From positions 985-64,984 of the forward strand of contig NZ_JBHULN010000028.1 of the NCBI RefSeq assembly GCF_042684525.1: DNA of 64,000 bases, written 5' to 3'. The DNA is from Spirosoma soli (GTDB lineage Bacteria; Bacteroidota; Bacteroidia; Cytophagales; Spirosomataceae). Positions within the stretch are counted from its first letter, which is position 1; each line of letters opens with the position of its first letter. This document shows positions 58,831 to 64,000 of the stretch, piece by piece. The translations under genes were made by a program, and so were the position numbers. The notes below the pieces were generated by a model, which ran no database searches, was not told where the DNA came from, and saw only the letters and a list, made by a program, of their open reading frames with translations.

Positions 58831-59901
58831 TTATACTTTATGCATCCACCCAAAGGTATCCTCTTCTTTACCGGTGCGCAGATCAGAGAGGAAGTTCCGC
58901 ACACGAACTGCAAATGAATTCTCAGGAGCAAACTCGGGTAGCATGTGATCTTTACCGTTGTAGCCAATGAGTGAATAAGGCGACGACCCCACGGCTGTCC
59001 CTGCCCCGAAGGCTTCGGTTAAACGGCCGGTTTCAATGCCGCTGATGACTTCGTCAATTGAAACCAAACGTTCCTCGACTTCGATGCCCCAACTCCGGGC
59101 AATTTGTAGAATGGAATCGCGGGTTACGCCCTTCAGAATCGAGTCCGACGTAGCCGGAGTCACCAGCTTGCCATCAATGATGAACATAATGTTCATTGTG
59201 CCCGATTCTTCAATGTATTTATGCTCACGGGCATCCGTCCAGATCAGTTGGTCGTAGCCTTGTTGCTGAGCCAGCAGGGTAGGGTACATAGAACCGGCAT
59301 AGTTGCCCGCGCATTTAGCATAGCCCACACCACCCGGCGCCGACCGAATATATTCTGTTTCTACTTTCAGTTTCGGCGGATTGGTATAGTAAGCACCAAC
59401 GGGACAAGTGAAAATGCAGAACCGATACGTTTTCGACGGAGCCACGCCTAGAAACGTGTCTGTGGCGAACATATACGGCCGAATGTATAAAGAGCTGTCA
59501 GGCTGTGTGGGCACCCAGTCAGCATCAACACGTAACAACGCTTCCAATCCACCCATGAACACTTCTTCTGGCAGGGTTGCCATGCACATCCGGCGGGCCG
59601 ACTCGTTCATACGCTCAAAGTTGGCGTAGGGCCGAAACATCATGACTTCGCCTGCTTCGTTCTTGAAGGCTTTCATCCCTTCAAAGATTGACTGACCATA
59701 ATGCAATGACGATAGGGCCGGGCTTAGCGAGAACGTGTCGAACGGCACAATCATCTGATTCTGCCATTGACCATCTATAAAGTCGGCCACAAACATGTGA
59801 TCCGAGAAGTGTTTTCCGAAGGGTAGATGGTTGAAATCTACCTCCTGAATGCGGGAGCGCTCCGCTTTCCGCAATTCAATTTGTAAGACGTCCGTCGTCA
59901 T
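58831..59901 (-). CDS. ilvE: Branched-chain amino acid aminotransferase.
   Basis: N-terminal ...LPFGKHFSDHMFVADF... and class IV aminotransferase core. 356 aa. Confidence 0.85.
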   Translation of the reverse strand: MTTDVLQIELRKAERSRIQEVDFNHLPFGKHFSDHMFVADFIDGQWQNQMIVPFDTFSLSPALSSLHYGQSIFEGMKAFKNEAGEVMMFRPYANFERMNESARRMCMATLPEEVFMGGLEALLRVDADWVPTQPDSSLYIRPYMFATDTFLGVAPSKTYRFCIFTCPVGAYYTNPPKLKVETEYIRSAPGGVGYAKCAGNYAGSMYPTLLAQQQGYDQLIWTDAREHKYIEESGTMNIMFIIDGKLVTPATSDSILKGVTRDSILQIARSWGIEVEERLVSIDEVISGIETGRLTEAFGAGTAVGSSPYSLIGYNGKDHMLPEFAPENSFAVRVRNFLSDLRTGKEEDTFGWMHKV

Positions 59902-60017
59902 AATCAGGGTATTGGTTAACGAGTTAAGTCACTGCCGACCGCTCGTGGCAAAGCTAAAAAATAAGATTGAGTAAGTTTAGTTGTCAAGACAACTTTTTTT
60001 GTGAGCGTTGAAAAACG

Positions 60018-60566
60018 TTATGTTCTTGGCTTCCAAGCGACTTCTTCCGCACCCAAATCTTGGGCCATTTTCCGGCTTAATACAAATAGATAATCTGATA
60101 GGCGATTCAGATACTGTATTACCGCCGGGTCTACCGGCGACTGATCACCGAGTGATATAACCAGTCGTTCGGCACGTCGGCAGACTGTTCTTGCCAGGTG
60201 GCAAAACGAAACGGCCTGATGCCCACCCGGCAAGACAAACGCACGTAACTCGGGCAGTTGAGCATCCATCGTATCCATGGCTTCTTCGAGCAATGCTACA
60301 TCTTCTGGCACAATGGCAGGCATTGCTTTCTTAGGAGCCTTCTCCGGATCGGTTGCGAGTTCAGCACCAATGGTGAACAGCCGATCTTGAATTTCTTTAA
60401 GCAATTCTTTGTAAGCCGCATTCACGGGCTGGTCCCGAACGAGACCAATCCAGGAGTTAAGCTCGTCTACTGTACCATATGCATTGATTCGTAAATCGGC
60501 CTTACTAATGCGCCGACCGCCGATCAGGCCGGTTTGTCCATTGTCGCCCGTTTTTGTGTAAATCTT
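60018..60566 (-). CDS. PduO-type ATP:cob(I)alamin adenosyltransferase. Start taken at MKIYTKTGD.
   Basis: MKIYTKTGDNGQTGL...RINAYGTVDELNSWIG, canonical PduO-type ATR N-terminus. Confidence 0.8.
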   Translation of the reverse strand, partial: KIYTKTGDNGQTGLIGGRRISKADLRINAYGTVDELNSWIGLVRDQPVNAAYKELLKEIQDRLFTIGAELATDPEKAPKKAMPAIVPEDVALLEEAMDTMDAQLPELRAFVLPGGHQAVSFCHLARTVCRRAERLVISLGDQSPVDPAVIQYLNRLSDYLFVLSRKMAQDLGAEEVAWKPRT

Positions 60567-60732
60567 CATAGTCAGACTAACCAAAATTATCTAGAAGTGG
60601 CGAAGCTAACGGATTTCCATTATCCAAGCCGTACCTTTGTGCACTCATTTAAACTATATAGATATAAACGCATCGAGTGACATTGAGTTAGAGCTGTAAG
60701 CTTATCTACTCGTCGCTCATTCTCCCAATTAA

Positions 60733-61242
60733 ATGAAAGCTGGTACCTTTTTCGTCCGTACTTGGCGTATTCTGTCCATACTCGGACTGTTGTTTGCCTT
60801 GTTTAACAGTTATATTTCATATCCTGGCGAGGTGGCTGTTCGCTTCGATGAGCTTAACAATCCGCTTCAGACGGTAAGCCGCGAAGCACTATTTTATCTT
60901 GCTGTTGCGATATTTTTGATTAATAATACGCTTATCAATGCCATTGCCCGGTTATTCCCCCGGGTGCCGACCGCGCAGATTCCAGTACCTAACAAGGTCG
61001 TATGGGCTAGTCATCGATCAATACTTAATCAGGTTATTATCAACTGGTTTAACGCCCTTATGGCTGCCATTAACACTATATTAGCACTAGGGTTAATTGT
61101 CTTGTCGTTTTTGAACCGCTCTGATCGGAGCATTCAAGCCATTGATTATGCCTGGCTTTTACCGTTGAGCATAGCTATATTAATCATTGTGCTGGTTGCT
61201 TTACCCATTCGCTTGTTGATGAAACCTGGTGGCGATGACTGA
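60733..61242 (+). CDS. Small integral membrane protein (4 TM helices).
   Basis: Hydrophobic segments only. Confidence 0.4.
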   Translation: MKAGTFFVRTWRILSILGLLFALFNSYISYPGEVAVRFDELNNPLQTVSREALFYLAVAIFLINNTLINAIARLFPRVPTAQIPVPNKVVWASHRSILNQVIINWFNALMAAINTILALGLIVLSFLNRSDRSIQAIDYAWLLPLSIAILIIVLVALPIRLLMKPGGDD

Positions 61243-62458
61243 GACAAACAATTTGGTGCTAAGCCAATTCCAGTATAACCTCCCTGATGACCGGATTGCT
61301 CGTTTTCCGTTGCCCCAGCGCGATGCCTCGAAGCTTCTGGTATACCGTGCTGGCGTTATCAGTCACGCTCATTTTTCAGACTTAGCTAGCTTGCTGCCTA
61401 AAGACAGCTTCCTGGTTCTGAACAACACAAAAGTTATTCCGGCGCGGCTGTATTTCACCAAGCCAACCGGGGCCGTCATTGAATTATTTCTACTGAATCC
61501 ATCTACTCGTTCTGGTAAGTTGCCCGTAATTAGCGAAGCCATGGAGACGACGGCTTCGGTGGTCTGGCAGGCGATGGTTGGTAACCGCAAGCGTTGGAAG
61601 TTAACCGAAAGTCTCCAAACAACTATGCCAACTCCTTTGGGCAGTGTAGTACTCAAGGCTGAGTGGCACGACTACGAGCAATCTACGGTTCAATTAAGCT
61701 GGCAGCCCGCAGAACTCACCTTTGCACAAGTCATTCAATACGCTGGTCAAATTCCCTTGCCTCCTTATCTAAAACGAGATGCTACGGATGTCGACCGTGT
61801 GACGTATCAGACGGTCTATTCCAAACAGGAAGGAGCAGTGGCGGCACCAACGGCGGGACTACACTTTACTCCGAATGTCTTCGAAACTTTAGCTGACAAA
61901 AACATTGAACATGACTACTTAACCCTACATGTAGGAGCCGGTACGTTTCAGCCTATCAAGACAGAAGATGTTCGCCAGCATCATATGCATACCGAGCAGG
62001 TGGTATACACACAAGAGAACATCCGTAAATTACTGAGGCATCATGACAGTATTATACCAGTTGGTACTACGTCTATGCGTGCGCTGGAAAGTTTATACTG
62101 GATGGGTACTCGGTTACTTTATAATGTGTCTAATGCCTTCGAACTCGACCAGCACTACGCGTATAACGTATCGGTTGATCAGCAGCCGACTGCCCAGGAA
62201 GCGTTGGCCGCTGTATTACACTACTTAACTGACACCAAGCAGGAGTCAATTGTCGCTCACACCGGTATTTACATAACCCCAGGCTATTCGTTTAAGGTCT
62301 GCAAAGGAATTATCACTAATTTCCACCAACCTGGATCAACCCTGATTCTGTTGATAGCCGCACTTATCGGCGACAACTGGCAACGAGTGTATAACGAAGC
62401 CTTAGAAAACGACTATCGATTTTTAAGCTACGGTGACTCGTCCCTGCTTCTGCCATAA
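61229..62458 (+). CDS. queA: S-adenosylmethionine:tRNA ribosyltransferase-isomerase.
   Basis: N-terminal LSQFQYNLPDDRIARFPLPQRDASKLLVY aligns with the QueA N-terminus. 409 aa, with an insertion. Confidence 0.75.
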   Translation: MAMTETNNLVLSQFQYNLPDDRIARFPLPQRDASKLLVYRAGVISHAHFSDLASLLPKDSFLVLNNTKVIPARLYFTKPTGAVIELFLLNPSTRSGKLPVISEAMETTASVVWQAMVGNRKRWKLTESLQTTMPTPLGSVVLKAEWHDYEQSTVQLSWQPAELTFAQVIQYAGQIPLPPYLKRDATDVDRVTYQTVYSKQEGAVAAPTAGLHFTPNVFETLADKNIEHDYLTLHVGAGTFQPIKTEDVRQHHMHTEQVVYTQENIRKLLRHHDSIIPVGTTSMRALESLYWMGTRLLYNVSNAFELDQHYAYNVSVDQQPTAQEALAAVLHYLTDTKQESIVAHTGIYITPGYSFKVCKGIITNFHQPGSTLILLIAALIGDNWQRVYNEALENDYRFLSYGDSSLLLP

Positions 62459-62557
62459 ACCACTAATTTTGCAAACGATTTCAAGAGCGAGAAGCGAAAT
62501 ACATACCGCTACAATATTGCTCATTCACTCCGCTTCGGCGGTCCGATTTCATTCTTT

Positions 62558-63859
62558 ATGAATTTTATTGAAGAACTCCGCTGGCGTGGCATGTTGCACG
62601 ACATGACGCCTGGTACCGAAGAACAACTCCAGAAAGAAATGACGGCAGGCTACATCGGCTTCGATCCAACGGCCGCGTCGCTTCATATTGGTAATCTGGC
62701 CACAATTATGCTGTTGGTGCACCTTCAACGTGCTGGTCATAAGCCCTTCGCACTGGTTGGGGGTGCCACGGGTATGATTGGCGATCCATCAGGCCGTTCA
62801 ACAGAGCGAGATTATTTATCTGAGGATACCTTACGTTATAACCAGGAAGGAATTCGGTCACAGCTGACGCGCTTCCTAAATTTTGATTCAGGAGAGAATG
62901 CCGCTGTGATGGTTAATAATTATGACTGGTTTAAAGGCATATTATTCCTGGATTTTTTACGGGAAGCGGGCCAGCATATTACCGTCAACTACATGGTTGC
63001 AAAAGATTCCGTAAAAAAACGCTTGGAAACAGGCTTATCATTCATGGAATTCTCGTACCAACTTCTCCAGGGATACGACTTCTACTGGCTATACAAAAAT
63101 AAAGGCGTCCGATTGCAAATGGGAGGATCGGATCAGTGGGGGAACATAACAACAGGAACTGAACTCATCCGTCGCAAAGAAGGTGGTCAGACGGATTTGC
63201 GAGAAGAGCATCAGGCTTTCGCACTTACAACCCCGCTAATCACTAAATCTGATGGAACTAAGTTTGGTAAATCAGCCGGAGGAAATATCTGGCTTGATCC
63301 CGCTTTGACCTCGCCATATCAGTTTTATCAATTCTGGCTAAACACGGCTGATGCCGACTGCCCACGACTGATTCGCGTTTTTACATTGCTACAGAAAGAA
63401 GAAATAGAAGAGTTAGAACGTCAACATGCCGAAGCTCCACATCTACGGTTGTTGCAAAAAGCCATTGCTAAAGACGTCACTATTCGGGTACACTCTGAGG
63501 CTGGTTACGAATTAGCGGTTAAAGCATCAGAAGTTTTATTTGGTAAGGCCACTCTCGACACATTACGTTCAATTAAAGTTGATGAGTTCGATGTAATCTT
63601 TGAAGGGGTTCCTCAAACTGAAATTTCAGCTGAGGAGCTAGCCAATAGTAAAGACATCACAGACTTGTTATCTACAGCTAGCCGGGGCGAAGTCTATGCT
63701 TCTAAAGGTGAAGCGAAACGAGCGATCGCGCAAAATGCAGTAAGTGTAAATAAAATGAAAATAGCAGATCCAGCCGCTCCAGTGGCCTTAGAATGGCTTC
63801 AAGACCGGTATGTACTCATATCGAAAGGCAAGAAAAACCATCTTTTAAAAAAAGTTTAA
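62558..63859 (+). CDS. tyrS: Tyrosine--tRNA ligase.
   Basis: HIGH motif (SLHIGNL), KMSKS-type motif (KFGKS), and C-terminal S4-like domain. Confidence 0.9.
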   Translation: MNFIEELRWRGMLHDMTPGTEEQLQKEMTAGYIGFDPTAASLHIGNLATIMLLVHLQRAGHKPFALVGGATGMIGDPSGRSTERDYLSEDTLRYNQEGIRSQLTRFLNFDSGENAAVMVNNYDWFKGILFLDFLREAGQHITVNYMVAKDSVKKRLETGLSFMEFSYQLLQGYDFYWLYKNKGVRLQMGGSDQWGNITTGTELIRRKEGGQTDLREEHQAFALTTPLITKSDGTKFGKSAGGNIWLDPALTSPYQFYQFWLNTADADCPRLIRVFTLLQKEEIEELERQHAEAPHLRLLQKAIAKDVTIRVHSEAGYELAVKASEVLFGKATLDTLRSIKVDEFDVIFEGVPQTEISAEELANSKDITDLLSTASRGEVYASKGEAKRAIAQNAVSVNKMKIADPAAPVALEWLQDRYVLISKGKKNHLLKKV

Positions 63860-63946
63860 ACAATTCCGGGTTGGTAAGTGGCTGATGATTGGCCACTTAC
63901 CTGGCTGAGCTTCCTGCAGACTACACTATTTCCTGACCAGCCCTTG

Positions 63947-63976
63947 ACATACCCCTCGCAGACCCCTACCTTTGCA
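63947..63976 (+). promoter_or_regulatory. Bacteroidota sigma-A-like promoter candidate (TTG -N20- TAccTTTG) facing beyond the window end.
   Basis: ttgacatacccctcgcagacccctacctttg. Confidence 0.25.
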
Positions 63977-64000
63977 GTCCCAAATCCAGGGAAGATGCTG

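Noticed and set aside
58711-58917. 68-aa plus-strand ORF overlapping the ilvE 3' end.
   Set aside because: Overlaps the terminator hairpin and the convergent ilvE. No support.
1-64000. tRNA, rRNA, tmRNA, RNase P, IS/transposase and integrase genes.
   Set aside because: By-eye scanning of the larger intergenic regions found no tRNA-like acceptor/T-arm pattern (GGTTCGAATCC-type), no rRNA-like conserved segments, and no transposase or integrase ORFs. An automated tRNAscan or Infernal run would be needed to be certain.

Overview
This 64-kb window looks like the chromosome of a Bacteroidota (Cytophagia-like) bacterium: about 50% GC, many SusC/TonB-type and lipoprotein signal peptides, and promoter-like TTG..TAnnTTTG motifs. 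It is mostly ordinary core metabolism with a few accessory islands. Recognisable blocks are listed below.

- **3' end of an unknown gene** at 2..145.
- **TPR lipoprotein, Hsp20, TrpF and an MFS transporter** in 698..4831.
- **Argininosuccinate lyase (ArgH)**, probably using a TTG start.
- **Hexuronate catabolism cluster** spanning 13.1-19.3 kb: uxaB, eda, kdgK, exuT, uxuA.
- **Alpha/beta hydrolases and an amidohydrolase.**
- **Small coiled-coil protein** containing a 42-bp tandem repeat.
- **M13 metallopeptidase.**
- **DUF559 (Vsr-like) endonuclease gene** lying between two similar hairpin terminators in inverted orientation.
- **Radical-SAM spore-photoproduct-lyase-like gene** divergent from a DinB_2 gene.
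- **Serine biosynthesis pair**: serC followed by a SerB-SerA fusion of 636 aa.
- **Housekeeping and envelope genes**: a large acyl-CoA dehydrogenase, sialate O-acetylesterase, YidD, Lgt, an S8 protease, a PfkB kinase with an SLC45-like MFS transporter, a BamA-family outer-membrane protein, a long flotillin/SPFH protein, IlvE, PduO-type adenosyltransferase, QueA and TyrS.
- **DUF4856 - imelysin - HTTM - TonB-receptor operon.**

I could not identify any rRNA, tRNA, CRISPR array or transposase by eye. The most unusual points are listed below.

- A 550-bp gene-free region at 146-697 carrying two related hairpins.
- The hairpin-flanked DUF559 cassette.
- The 42-bp tandem repeat inside a coding gene.
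- A minimal nucleotidyltransferase (NTase) translationally coupled to a small partner ORF.
- A possible PD-(D/E)XK nuclease.
- The serB-serA fusion with a 17-bp stem hairpin, sharing a GAAAGAGTGAA word with the argH leader.

Every call is from reading the translated sequence by eye; no search was run.
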